Shown: one piece after another, positions 1-9,336 of the stretch
How positions within the stretch are numbered: the first letter of the stretch is position 1
How the letters are laid out: each line of letters starts with the position of its first letter
Source: Myxococcota bacterium
GTDB lineage: Bacteria > Myxococcota > UBA4151
Direction: 5' to 3'
Length of the DNA stretch: 36,199 nt
NCBI GenBank assembly: GCA_036338695.1
Contig: JAYZBQ010000050.1
Location: 1 to 36,199, forward strand
The notes under the pieces: model-generated
What the model was told of the DNA's origin: nothing
Database searches by the model: none
Seen by the model: only the letters and a program-made list of their open reading frames with translations
Made by a program: the position numbers and the translations under genes

Positions 1-244
1 CCGACACGCGCTCTAGCGTATTATTTATTTAACGGTCGCCATCTCAAATGAAATGGCGTTGACTCGCATTTGCTTGTTTCAACAACACCCCAAAGGGCGC
101 TGTATCATACGAGTTCACTTACTCTTCAGTTTTCAACACACAACCGAGTCATGAGACTGGGCAACCAAGGCTCCCTGAGAACCGAGGCGGGGGGCGTTAT
201 GAAGACGTACCTCGAGGCCGTCAAAGAAAAAGCACGCGAGCCGA

Positions 245-862
245 TTATTTCTTGGGTGCTCTGGCCGCGACCAGGCGACCGAGCAGCGTGCGCGCCGCCG
301 CGTCATCATGCTCGCCATCCAGTACACGCCGAACATCGCCCAGCGCATCGTCGAGGCGGTCGTTGACCACGATGACATCATAATCTGCTGCATCTACAAG
401 CTCTTGGTGCGCTGCCATAAGCCGTCTCTCGATGACCTCATCGCTGTCGGTGCGACGACTCCGAAGGCGCCGCTCAAGCTCATCCCAGCTCGGCGGAATG
501 ATCAAAATCAACGTGGCCTCCGGCCGCGCAGCGCGAATTTGATGCCCACCCTGCACGTCGATATCGAAGAGTAAATCGCGACCGCTCCGCAGCTGAGCGT
601 CAACCCACTGTGCGTCCGAACCGTAGAAATTGCCGTGAACCTCAGCCCACTCAAGAAAACGCCCCTCAGCGACCGCGCGCTGAAACGCATCGACTGAGAC
701 GAAGTGATAGTGAGTCCCGTCGATCTCACCAGGCCGAATGGCGCGAGTCGTCGTCGAGACCGACAGCGCAAGGCGCTCGCGCTCTGCCACCATCTGCCGA
801 GTGATCGTCGTCTTTCCCGTCCCACTCGGCGCGGAGAACACGAACAATTGACCGCTCATCAC
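245..862 (-). CDS. gmk: Guanylate kinase
   Basis: P-loop SAPSGTGKTT, SVSTTTRAIRPGE, YHFV, FLEWAEVHGNFYG and DIDVQG motifs; coupled to yicC as in the usual yicC-gmk order. Start is 862 or 859. Confidence 0.96.
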   Translation of the reverse strand: MMSGQLFVFSAPSGTGKTTITRQMVAERERLALSVSTTTRAIRPGEIDGTHYHFVSVDAFQRAVAEGRFLEWAEVHGNFYGSDAQWVDAQLRSGRDLLFDIDVQGGHQIRAARPEATLILIIPPSWDELERRLRSRRTDSDEVIERRLMAAHQELVDAADYDVIVVNDRLDDALGDVRRVLDGEHDDAAARTLLGRLVAARAPKK

Positions 863-1701
863 TACTCCAAGTTGAGCACCTGCTCACGCAGCTGCTCGAT
901 CAAAACTTTGAGCGCAACGACCTGCTCGGTCAGCGCCGCATCGCTCGCTTTGCTCCCGATGGTGTTCACCTCTCGCAGCAGCTCCTGAGCTAAGAATCCA
1001 AGCGAGCGACCCACCGCACCGCCTTGGTCCAATGCGTCCTCCATGGCGTCAAGGTGCCCTGCCAGCCGCACGCGCTCTTCGGCGAGGTCACGGCGCTCTG
1101 CGAGGACCGCCACCTCGTGCAGCACCCGCACCGGGTCGACGTTCTGGGCGCCGAGCAGGTCCGCCATCCGCCGCTCAAGGCGGTCTTGCGCCGCCTGCAA
1201 AGCACGCGGCTCAGCGAGCTCGATCGCCTCGAGATGGAGACGCATCTGCGCCAACAGCGCGCGCAGCTGCCGCTCGAGCACCGCCCCCTCACGCGCCCGC
1301 TGCGCGTTCCACTCGCTGAGCGACTCGTGAACCAACGCAGTCAACTCGTCGATCACGGGTGCGGCAGCGGCGGTGCGCCCCAGACCGGACAGCACCCAGC
1401 TCAGAGGCGGCTCCTCATCACGACCCATATGGGCAGCGACTCGATGCCAGCACTGCACCCGCCGGTCGACATCAGCCAAAGCGACCTCTTCGACCGCCTC
1501 GACATCCTGGGTGATACGAAGGGTCACGCTGCCCCTGTGCGCTTGCGCTTTGAGCTGCTGCGTTAAGTCAGCGGCCAAGCCCCCCCAACCGTCGGGCAAC
1601 TGCAGCCGCACGTCGAGGTTACGGTGGTTGACGCTGCGCACCTCCGCCGCCAATCCCCCGCGCTGTGCGTTTCCAAAGCCTGTCATCGAGCGCACGCCCA
1701 T
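862..1701 (-). CDS. yicC: YicC/YloC family protein (endoribonuclease)
   Basis: N-terminal SMTGFG and EVRSVNHRNLD; C-terminal GRSLGFLAQELLREVNTIGSK...EQLREQVLNLE. Confidence 0.93.
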   Translation of the reverse strand: MGVRSMTGFGNAQRGGLAAEVRSVNHRNLDVRLQLPDGWGGLAADLTQQLKAQAHRGSVTLRITQDVEAVEEVALADVDRRVQCWHRVAAHMGRDEEPPLSWVLSGLGRTAAAAPVIDELTALVHESLSEWNAQRAREGAVLERQLRALLAQMRLHLEAIELAEPRALQAAQDRLERRMADLLGAQNVDPVRVLHEVAVLAERRDLAEERVRLAGHLDAMEDALDQGGAVGRSLGFLAQELLREVNTIGSKASDAALTEQVVALKVLIEQLREQVLNLE

Positions 1702-2747
1702 CAGTTGATCTCCTCAAGCTCGCCTTCCGGGCTCAAAACGTACCCGCGATGGCGCTCGCCCGGGGGCAGCCAGCGGCGACCATCCGAGCGCCGAAAAATC
1801 CCCATCACCTGATCACATACCGCGCCCGCTAGATGCAGCGGACCGGTGTCCCCGCTGATCACGAGGTCGGCTTGAGCCATCCAATCGCCAAGTTCGGCGA
1901 TCGTCGTCGGCGGCATCGCAAAGGCGTCGAAGCCCGCTCCCTCGAGCCTGTCAATCAAGCGCGCAGCGAGCCCCTCTTCACCCGGCCCCCAGCCGACAGC
2001 GATCGCTGCGCCATGGGGCAGACTCAACTGTTGCAGTACAGGCAACCAGTCACTCACCGAGATGCACGTGCTCGCTTTGCGCGTGGTCGGCCACAGCACG
2101 ACCCGCCGCCCCCTCTCGGCTCGCTTCGCCCAGCCTTGCGTCGCCACGTCATAACGCGCTGAGGGCAGCACGCGCATTCTTGGAGCGGCACAACGCACGC
2201 CTAAGGGCGCCAGGAGGCTCACCTTGGTGGCGAGCTCTTGCGGCCAACCCTGCTCCGTCGAGGTCGGGACCCACTGATCGAGCAACGCGGCGGCGCCAGG
2301 TCGCAGATGCCCGATGCACCAGCGTGCGCCGCTGGCGCGCGTGAGCAGCGCAGCGGTCAAGCTAAACGAGTGCCAGTGGGATGCATCCACCGCCACGTCA
2401 AAGCGCTGCGCCCGCAGCTGCCGAAGCAAGCGCCAAAGAGCCAGCGGATGACGCGCAGGGTGTCGGGGCAGCGCGTGCACCTTCTCCACGCCCGGCAAGC
2501 CCTCAATCAAGCCCCTCTGACCCGCCGGGGCGAGGTAATGAACCTCAACCTCAGGGCGCTGGTCGACCAAAGCTCCGACCAGCGCGCTGGTGATGATCTG
2601 GTTGCCGACGCGCCGGTCAGGCCGGACAATCAAAACCCGTCGAATGGGCTCCTCGAGCCTTCGACGCCAAGGCGGAAGCCAAGCGAGTAAAGCGCCTGCG
2701 AGCCAAGCCGGCACACGCGACTTTTCGTCAAAATAAGGAACGATCAC
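1701..2747 (-). CDS. Glycosyltransferase family 9 (ADP-heptose:LPS heptosyltransferase-like)
   Basis: [14 protein letters not shown]-terminus, [11 protein letters not shown] and [17 protein letters not shown] motifs; directly follows the ADP-heptose synthesis genes. Confidence 0.85.
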   Translation of the reverse strand: MIVPYFDEKSRVPAWLAGALLAWLPPWRRRLEEPIRRVLIVRPDRRVGNQIITSALVGALVDQRPEVEVHYLAPAGQRGLIEGLPGVEKVHALPRHPARHPLALWRLLRQLRAQRFDVAVDASHWHSFSLTAALLTRASGARWCIGHLRPGAAALLDQWVPTSTEQGWPQELATKVSLLAPLGVRCAAPRMRVLPSARYDVATQGWAKRAERGRRVVLWPTTRKASTCISVSDWLPVLQQLSLPHGAAIAVGWGPGEEGLAARLIDRLEGAGFDAFAMPPTTIAELGDWMAQADLVISGDTGPLHLAGAVCDQVMGIFRRSDGRRWLPPGERHRGYVLSPEGELEEIN

Positions 2748-3214
2748 GTCAGACGCCGAATCATATCGGTCGTGCTGTGGTCTTTTGGGTCGCCGACGAT
2801 GCGCACCTCGCCACCCAGCGAACGCACCAGCGCCGCCTCGGGTACCGACTCGGCTGTGTAATCCGTCCCTTTGGCATGCACATCCGGGCGGAGCGCCCGA
2901 AGCACCGCCTCGACGGTCTTCTCATCAAACACGATCACGTAGTCGACGCAGGCGAGCGCAGCGACCAACTCGGCGCGCTCTGCCTCCGGAACGACCGGCC
3001 GCTCAGGTCCCTTCGAGAGCCGAACGCTGACGTCCGAGTTCACGGCCACCACGAGCACGTCGCCCTCGGCTGCTGCGCCCTGTAGATAGCGAACATGGCC
3101 GACGTGCAGCAGATCAAAAGCGCCATTGGCGAGCACGATCCGGTGCCCTGTGCGACGCCAAGCCTCGGCTGCCGCCGAGAGCTCGGCAGGGACAAACGGA
3201 CAGACGTCAGCCAT
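2744..3214 (-). CDS. hldC: D-glycero-beta-D-manno-heptose 1-phosphate adenylyltransferase (RfaE domain II / HldC-like)
   Basis: [15 protein letters not shown] (HxGH), [20 protein letters not shown] and HSTT motifs. Start reassigned to ATG 3214 (MADVCP), which overlaps the upstream stop at 3207-3209. Confidence 0.88.
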   Translation of the reverse strand: MADVCPFVPAELSAAAEAWRRTGHRIVLANGAFDLLHVGHVRYLQGAAAEGDVLVVAVNSDVSVRLSKGPERPVVPEAERAELVAALACVDYVIVFDEKTVEAVLRALRPDVHAKGTDYTAESVPEAALVRSLGGEVRIVGDPKDHSTTDMIRRLT

Positions 3215-4181
3215 GTCCGACCGCCTCCAACATCTCGGCGGTTCGGACCGCATGCGTCCCGTAATGATTGACTGCGACCGCCCCCGCGACGGTGGCGACA
3301 TGAGCGGCTTGCAAGCGGTCATAGCCTGCGGCCAGCGACAACGCGTAGGCCGCCAAGACCGAGTCCCCAGCTCCCGTGACGTCAGCGATCTCGTCGTCTC
3401 CAAAGACGGGCACCTTGCGCAGTTGATCACGCTCACAGAGCAACATCCCATCGCGCCCAAGCGTCACCAAAACCGCCGCCGCCTCCGACTGCTGGATCAA
3501 GGATTGCGCCGCCTTCGCAATGGCGTCTTCGGTCAACAGATCGCGACCCACCAACCCTTCGAGCTCGCTGAGGTTGGGCTTGAGTGTGTGGGCGCCCACA
3601 AACTGGTTCAGCTGACGGCGGCTGTCGACGACGACGACGGCGTCGTTGAGTTGAGCGCACAACGACGCTGGAACGGCTCCGTAACCGTAGTCGCTAAGGA
3701 TCACGACGTCGTAGCCGGTTGCGGCATCGCGAACCGCCTGGGTCAGGCGCTCAAGCGTGGCTGCGTCCGGCTGAGCGCCCGGCTCATGATCCAGCCGCAA
3801 GACCTGCTGTCTGACGGTTCCGACACCCCCTGCAAAGATACGCGTCTTAACGGTCGTCGGTTGCTGCGCTGCGACCTGGACCAAGCCGGTGTCGGCGCCG
3901 ATTTGGGTCAAGCAATGGACCAACTCTTCGCCGCTGGCGTCGTCGCCCACCAAACCGGCGACGCTGACGTGCGCCCCCAAGCTCGCCAGGTTCGCTGCGA
4001 CGTTGGCGGCGCCGCCGGGTGCGACGTCTTGTCCGCTGTATTGGACAACTGGGATCGGCGCCTCACGCGAGATCCGGCGCGTGGTCCCAAAGATCGATCG
4101 ATCCAGAACCAGATCGCCCAACAAAAGAATCTTACAGGCGCTGAAGTCTAGCCCCCGGACTAAAGCCGCTCGGTCGCTCAT
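3207..4181 (-). CDS. hldA: D-glycero-beta-D-manno-heptose 7-phosphate kinase (RfaE domain I / HldA-like, PfkB family)
   Basis: [33 protein letters not shown] and DVTGAGD motifs. Confidence 0.88.
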   Translation of the reverse strand: MSDRAALVRGLDFSACKILLLGDLVLDRSIFGTTRRISREAPIPVVQYSGQDVAPGGAANVAANLASLGAHVSVAGLVGDDASGEELVHCLTQIGADTGLVQVAAQQPTTVKTRIFAGGVGTVRQQVLRLDHEPGAQPDAATLERLTQAVRDAATGYDVVILSDYGYGAVPASLCAQLNDAVVVVDSRRQLNQFVGAHTLKPNLSELEGLVGRDLLTEDAIAKAAQSLIQQSEAAAVLVTLGRDGMLLCERDQLRKVPVFGDDEIADVTGAGDSVLAAYALSLAAGYDRLQAAHVATVAGAVAVNHYGTHAVRTAEMLEAVGHG

Positions 4182-4190
4182 ACTATGCCC

Positions 4191-5171
4191 CTACTGGCTC
4201 GATTCTTCGGTGTCTACATCGCGCTTGAGCGCTCGGTGAAGCAGCTGATCCACGCGTCCTTGCGGATCCCCCCAACAGAGCCGAAGTCCCACGACCCGCA
4301 GATCCAAACCTGCCGGCAGCTGGTGCTGATGACGCGCCATGTCTTTCTCGGTGGTCAACCAGATCAGGTCGCGGTCCAAGGTCGCAAGCGGCAGCCGCCG
4401 GTGATCCGCGCGCGTCACCAGCTGATCGACGGGGAGTCCCTGCGCCTCCACCGATCGCCGGAATCGCTCGGGATCAGCGATCGACGTGCACAACCCAATA
4501 CGTTGCGCATGATCGAGGTCCGGAAGCTCGAGTTCATACCATGCAGTGACCCAGCGATCATCCGCCTGTGCAGGCGGCTCAGGCGCACCCAGATCAAGCC
4601 CATGCCAAATGATCAGGTCGGCTCGCTCAAGGCATTCAGGCCCCTCTCGAAGCGGCCCTGCGGGTAACCGTCGCCCGTTGCCCCAAGGGTCTTCGGCGCG
4701 CAACACCACGACCAGCTGATCGGCGCGCAAATCGGGGCTCTGCATGCCATCATCGCTGACGACCACAGCGCAGCCTCGCTCGAAAGCCGCTGCGATCAAG
4801 CGTGAGCGCGGCACGCCTGCGAAACAGTCGGGACCCAGCCGCGCATAGGCCATCGCCGCCTCATCACCGACGTCCTGCGCCGTCTGCTCCGAGCTGATCA
4901 GACCGCAGTAGCCGGTGCCTCCAACGCCTCGCCCCACCCAGGCTGCCCGAGCGCCATGGGCTCGGAGGCGAGCCACGAGATCCAAGCTGATCGGCGTTTT
5001 GCCCGAGCCACCCACCCTCGGGTTGCCAACGATGATCAACGGAAGCTCGTGCGGCTCACAACGCCGGCGCTGACTGCGAAGATGCTGCGCCGAGCGATAC
5101 AGCGCAGCCAGGGGGCGCAGCGCCTGACTGGTGACGCCCCGCCAATACCATGGAGTCGGCAGACGGCTCAC
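4191..5171 (-). CDS. lpxK: Tetraacyldisaccharide 4'-kinase
   Basis: IIVGNPRVGGSGKTP, GDEA, DDGMQ, LPAGPLRE and TTEKD motifs. Start placed at GTG 5171, which gives a GTGA overlap with the waaA stop (the ORF track opens at 5207). Confidence 0.9.
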   Translation of the reverse strand: MSRLPTPWYWRGVTSQALRPLAALYRSAQHLRSQRRRCEPHELPLIIVGNPRVGGSGKTPISLDLVARLRAHGARAAWVGRGVGGTGYCGLISSEQTAQDVGDEAAMAYARLGPDCFAGVPRSRLIAAAFERGCAVVVSDDGMQSPDLRADQLVVVLRAEDPWGNGRRLPAGPLREGPECLERADLIIWHGLDLGAPEPPAQADDRWVTAWYELELPDLDHAQRIGLCTSIADPERFRRSVEAQGLPVDQLVTRADHRRLPLATLDRDLIWLTTEKDMARHQHQLPAGLDLRVVGLRLCWGDPQGRVDQLLHRALKRDVDTEESSQ

Positions 5172-6427
5172 GGCGACTCGACCAGCGCCAGGATATGGCG
5201 GGCGCAAGCTTGTCCTGCGCCGGCTCGCGCCGTCACGCTCTCGCGCGCCAGCGCGCCGACCTCAGCGCAAGCGCCCGCTCGGTAGAGGAGCTGATCGATG
5301 GTCTCGAGCAGGGCGCTGCGATCCCCGACTTGGATCCCTCCTCGCCCGACAAGGAGCCCGACCTCATCGACAAAATTCTCCATATGAGGTCCGAACAGCA
5401 CCGGTTTTCCGCAGGCTGCTGGCTCGAGGATATTCTGCCCGCCGCGCTCGATGAAGCTGCCGCCGACGAAGACCACATCGGCGAGCGCGTAAGCCGGCAT
5501 AAGCTCGCCGATACGATCGAGGATCGTGACACCCCCCGGCGCGCCCTGATGCTGCGACCGAAAGGCGACCGACAGCCCGGCGCTGCGCGCTAACTCTGCG
5601 ACACGCTCGGCGCGCTCCACGTAGCGCGGCGCGATCAGGAGATCGAGCTGCCGGTGGCGGACCGTTAACTCCTTGTAAACTTGGATCAGGTCCGCTTCCT
5701 CGCCCTCGTGGGTCGAACCGCACACCCACAAGAGACGCTCAGGCGCTCGCTGAAGTGCCGAGCGCAAAGCCTCAACCCGCTCCTCGCTGGGTGCCTCGAG
5801 GTTGTCGTACTTCGTGTTCCCCGTGATGCGCAGCGCAAACGGCGAGGCCCCGAGCTCGGTCGCTCGATCCGCTTCAGCGCGGCTCCTCATCAAAAGGCGA
5901 TCGAAGCGCTTGAGCGGGTTCCCGAGCACCCCAAACAAACGCCGATAGCCGCGCAGGTTCCGAGCGCCGATCCGTCCGTTGGTCAGGACCAAGCGGACAC
6001 CGCTCGACGAGGCTTCGTGGATCAGGTTCGGCCACAGCTCGGTGTACTCGAGCACGAGGACGTCCGGACGGACGGCGCGCAAGGCGCCCCGAACAGCGAA
6101 GGGCACATCCCAAGGGACATAGATGAGCCGGTCGATCCCCGTCAGTCGGGCTTTCGCCATCTCTTGTCCGCTCTCGGTCATCGACGAGACGACGATCCCG
6201 AGCTCAGGGCGCTGTGCGCGCAGCGCATGAATCACCGGCTGCAGCGCCATGAGATCGCCTGCTGAGGCTCCGTGAAGCCAGATCCGCGGCCGCGCGACCT
6301 CATCAAAGCCGTCGGCGTGGCGCCCAAGCCGCTGCGCCCACCCTCGCCGGAGCTTCTGATTCGCGTACAGAGCCGGGGCGATCAGCGCGAACACCAGCGG
6401 GCTGATGAGGCGTATCAACGGGCTCAA
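5168..6427 (-). CDS. waaA: 3-deoxy-D-manno-octulosonic acid (Kdo) transferase
   Basis: IWLHGASAGD, EYTELWPNL, TGNTKYD, GSTHEGEE, FVGGSF..GGQNILEPA and FGPHMENF motifs. Confidence 0.95.
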   Translation of the reverse strand: MSPLIRLISPLVFALIAPALYANQKLRRGWAQRLGRHADGFDEVARPRIWLHGASAGDLMALQPVIHALRAQRPELGIVVSSMTESGQEMAKARLTGIDRLIYVPWDVPFAVRGALRAVRPDVLVLEYTELWPNLIHEASSSGVRLVLTNGRIGARNLRGYRRLFGVLGNPLKRFDRLLMRSRAEADRATELGASPFALRITGNTKYDNLEAPSEERVEALRSALQRAPERLLWVCGSTHEGEEADLIQVYKELTVRHRQLDLLIAPRYVERAERVAELARSAGLSVAFRSQHQGAPGGVTILDRIGELMPAYALADVVFVGGSFIERGGQNILEPAACGKPVLFGPHMENFVDEVGLLVGRGGIQVGDRSALLETIDQLLYRAGACAEVGALARESVTARAGAGQACARHILALVESP

Positions 6428-6432
6428 ACGCC

Positions 6433-7566
6433 CTACTCCTTGCGGTTCACATGGTGGGGGTCGAGCGCATCGCGCAGACCGTCGCCAAAGAAGTTAAAGC
6501 AGACCACCGCGATCAGGATAAACACGCCCGGCCAGAAGGCGAGCAGCGGGGAGTCCTGGAGGTAATCGAGGGCGTTGCGGAGCATGTTTCCCCACGATGC
6601 AGTCGGCGGCTTCACCCCAAGCCCAAGGAACGACAGCACCGACTCGTACAGGATCACGGACCCGACCTCGAGCGTCGCCGCAACGATGATCGGCGCCATC
6701 GCATTCGGGATGATGTGCTGCGTGATCACGTGCCGATGCTTCCCGCCAAAGGCTTGGGAAGCAGCGACAAAATCGAGCTCTTTGATCTGCAGCGCTGCGG
6801 CGCGCACGAGCCGGGCGACCGTCATCCATGAGAAAAAGACGACGATGATGATCAGCTGCACCACGGACACCATGGTCCCCGTACCGAGGGTATCGCTCTG
6901 AAGCATCAGCAGCAGAGCCGATAAGGGCAAACCGAAGCCCAACGCAGCGAGCAAACCCGTCCCGTAGATGCCGACAACACCCGCTCGACGGTCTGCGAAA
7001 AAGACCCCAGCCGAGACGATCACGAACAAGGTAGCGCAGACAGCCGCAACGGCTGCCCAGGTACCACCAGCGCTTGCGATCTTCTGAAGATCGAGCGCCG
7101 CAAAGACGATCATCAAAGGCAGCACCGGGATGCTGAGCATAGCGTCCGTAAAGCGCATCAAGATCGCGTCGACCAGGCCGCCAAAGTAGCCTGCGATCAC
7201 GCCGATCGTCGTGCCGATCACCGCCGCTGCGACCGCTGAGATCAGCCCCACCGTCAGCGAGATCCGCCCACCGTACATCAGCCGCAAGAAGACGTCGCGA
7301 CCGAGCTCATCCGAGCCGAAGGGGTGCTCAAGGCTCATGCCCCCGTAGCGATTGTACAGATCGATCGTGTCCGGATTGGCGCCAAACAGCGGCGCCAGCA
7401 GCGGCACCCCATACGCCATCAACAAAAGGATGATCAGACCGATCGATGAGTAGACCGCCAGCCGGTGTTTCTTAAAGCGCCGCCAGACGAGCTGATAAAA
7501 GGTTTCGAACTCCGGCGGGGCATCTTTTTGCTCGGTCTGGGACATGTTAAGGGTCGCTTGACTCAT
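6433..7566 (-). CDS. Oligopeptide/dipeptide ABC transporter permease (OppC/DppC family)
   Basis: VWRRFKKHRLA, HPFGSDELGRDVF, GGRISL, an EAA-like loop (DFVAASQAFGG), ESVLSFLGLG and GDGLRDALDP. Confidence 0.92.
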   Translation of the reverse strand: MSQATLNMSQTEQKDAPPEFETFYQLVWRRFKKHRLAVYSSIGLIILLLMAYGVPLLAPLFGANPDTIDLYNRYGGMSLEHPFGSDELGRDVFLRLMYGGRISLTVGLISAVAAAVIGTTIGVIAGYFGGLVDAILMRFTDAMLSIPVLPLMIVFAALDLQKIASAGGTWAAVAAVCATLFVIVSAGVFFADRRAGVVGIYGTGLLAALGFGLPLSALLLMLQSDTLGTGTMVSVVQLIIIVVFFSWMTVARLVRAAALQIKELDFVAASQAFGGKHRHVITQHIIPNAMAPIIVAATLEVGSVILYESVLSFLGLGVKPPTASWGNMLRNALDYLQDSPLLAFWPGVFILIAVVCFNFFGDGLRDALDPHHVNRKE

Positions 7567-7569
7567 CGC

Positions 7570-9336
7570 TTACTCCCCCACCCGGACACGCGGGTCGATC
7601 ACGGCATACATGACATCAGCCAAGAGGTTCCCGACCATCACGAGCGACGCCGAGATCAAGAATCCGATGATCGCCACGTAATAATCCGACCCAATAATCG
7701 CCTCATAGATCAACGAGCCCATCCCCGGCCAACTAAAGATCGTCTCGGTGATCAGCGCGCCCCCAAAGAGCACCGGGACGGACAGGGCGAGGATGGTCAC
7801 CACCGGAATGAGCGCATTGCGAAAGGCATGCACGAAGATGACGCGCTGCTCAGGCACGCCCTTCGCACGCGCCGTGCGGATGTAGTCCTGCTTGATTACC
7901 TCGAGCATCGACGCCCGCATGTAACGGAGCCAGCGCCCGACGTAGGCGATGCTCAAAACCGTCACCGGCAGAACGGTGTGCCAGACCTTATCGCCAAACG
8001 ACTCGAGCCCCGGTGTCTGCAACCCCGAGACGGGGAACAGCGCCAGCCACACCGCAAAGACGTGAATCAACATCAGCCCGAACCAGTGGACGGGGAGCGA
8101 GATCCCGATAAACGCAGCTAAGTTGACCGAGTGATCCAGCAACGAGTATTGCCGAACGGCCGCCGCCATCCCCAGCGGAAGGGCGATCAGGATCGACAAC
8201 AGCAGCGCCGGTCCCATCAACCGCAGCGTGTTGACGATGCGCTCCTGGATGAGCGTGCTCACCTTCTCTTGCTTGAGCGACCAGCCGAGGTTGCCCGACA
8301 GCAAGCCGCCTTTCCACGCCCCGGCGCGCATCAAACCGATGCTACGCCAGGCGACCACCTCGAAGGGGCGCGGGCTGTCAAAGGCGGCGTAGCCGACCAT
8401 CGGCGCCTTGACGATCTCGACCGGCTCGGCGTGCGCCGTCAGCAGACCGAGCATCGCCTCCCGATTTTTCTCAACGGCGAGGTTGATCTGAGCCTCGGTC
8501 TTGCCCTCTGCGCTGGCGGGCACTTTCGGCTCAAGGCGCGCCCGACCGCCGTCCTTGAGGCGGACCGTCCCGATGTCCTGTCCGTCTTGCTTGAGCACCA
8601 GCGTCCACTCGGGGTCCCCCTCCACCACAGGGGGCTGCGCAGCCACCTCGGCGGCTGCCTCCCCTTCCGGCCTGTTCGAGCCAGCCTCGTGCGCCGCCTC
8701 TGTTGGGTCGAGCTGATCACGGTGCAAGTCATTGATGTCACTTGGAGGGCGAACGACCTCAAGCCCCATGGACTCGAGCGTCTCAAGCGTCACCCGATAA
8801 AATTTGCCAAGCTCCTGTCCTTGACCGACCTCCTCATCGTCCTGAACCGAGGCGACGAAGAAGTCGGCGTCCTTGGGCGGCTTACCGAGGTCGACCTGAC
8901 GACGGACCAAACGCTGAGCACCCTCGTAGGTCTGAAGTTCGCCACCATCGACCACAAAGTCGACCGGCTGATCGACGGTCTCGAGCACCAGAGAGCTCCC
9001 GTCAGCGGTCCAGCCCTTGGCGGCGGCGAGCTGACCGTCCTCATCGGCGAGCCGCCCGACGAGCACCTGCCCGTCGGCGGTCGTCAGCTCATCGAACCCG
9101 CCCGTGGTGTCGTGATAACCCCACATCCAGCGCGCGTACTGGACGTGAACGGGCTGATCGAGCCCACGCATACGCTTGAGTCGAGCGACGTCCTCGGGGC
9201 GGATGTTCGGGTTACCCGACATCAGCATGTCTTCCATCGACCCGGGCATCGCCTGAAGCAGCGCAAACAAGACGAAGCTGAGCACAAAGACGAGCGATAC
9301 CGCAGCGAGCGTCCGGCGAACTAAAAACCCAATCAT
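7570..9336 (-). CDS. Oligopeptide/dipeptide ABC transporter permease (OppB/DppB family) with a large insertion
   Basis: FLVRR, MPG, GLDQPVHVQYARW ... GNLGWS, DYIRTARAKG, ETIFSWPGMG and IDPRVR motifs. Start ATG 9336 gives an ATGA overlap with the substrate-binding gene. Confidence 0.9.
   Translation of the reverse strand: MIGFLVRRTLAAVSLVFVLSFVLFALLQAMPGSMEDMLMSGNPNIRPEDVARLKRMRGLDQPVHVQYARWMWGYHDTTGGFDELTTADGQVLVGRLADEDGQLAAAKGWTADGSSLVLETVDQPVDFVVDGGELQTYEGAQRLVRRQVDLGKPPKDADFFVASVQDDEEVGQGQELGKFYRVTLETLESMGLEVVRPPSDINDLHRDQLDPTEAAHEAGSNRPEGEAAAEVAAQPPVVEGDPEWTLVLKQDGQDIGTVRLKDGGRARLEPKVPASAEGKTEAQINLAVEKNREAMLGLLTAHAEPVEIVKAPMVGYAAFDSPRPFEVVAWRSIGLMRAGAWKGGLLSGNLGWSLKQEKVSTLIQERIVNTLRLMGPALLLSILIALPLGMAAAVRQYSLLDHSVNLAAFIGISLPVHWFGLMLIHVFAVWLALFPVSGLQTPGLESFGDKVWHTVLPVTVLSIAYVGRWLRYMRASMLEVIKQDYIRTARAKGVPEQRVIFVHAFRNALIPVVTILALSVPVLFGGALITETIFSWPGMGSLIYEAIIGSDYYVAIIGFLISASLVMVGNLLADVMYAVIDPRVRVGE

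Noticed and set aside
10..40. Possible dif/Xer site in the AT-rich stretch
   Set aside because: Only ATTTAAC matches; no proper XerC/XerD arms around a 6-bp spacer.
70..366. Small plus-strand ORF (MKTYLEAVKEKARE...) with a G-rich RBS-like run
   Set aside because: It overlaps the 3' end of gmk on the opposite strand by ~120 nt and has no recognisable family.
8131..9324. 397-aa plus-strand ORF opposite oppB
   Set aside because: Antisense shadow of a GC-rich gene; no motifs; it does not explain the OppB insertion.
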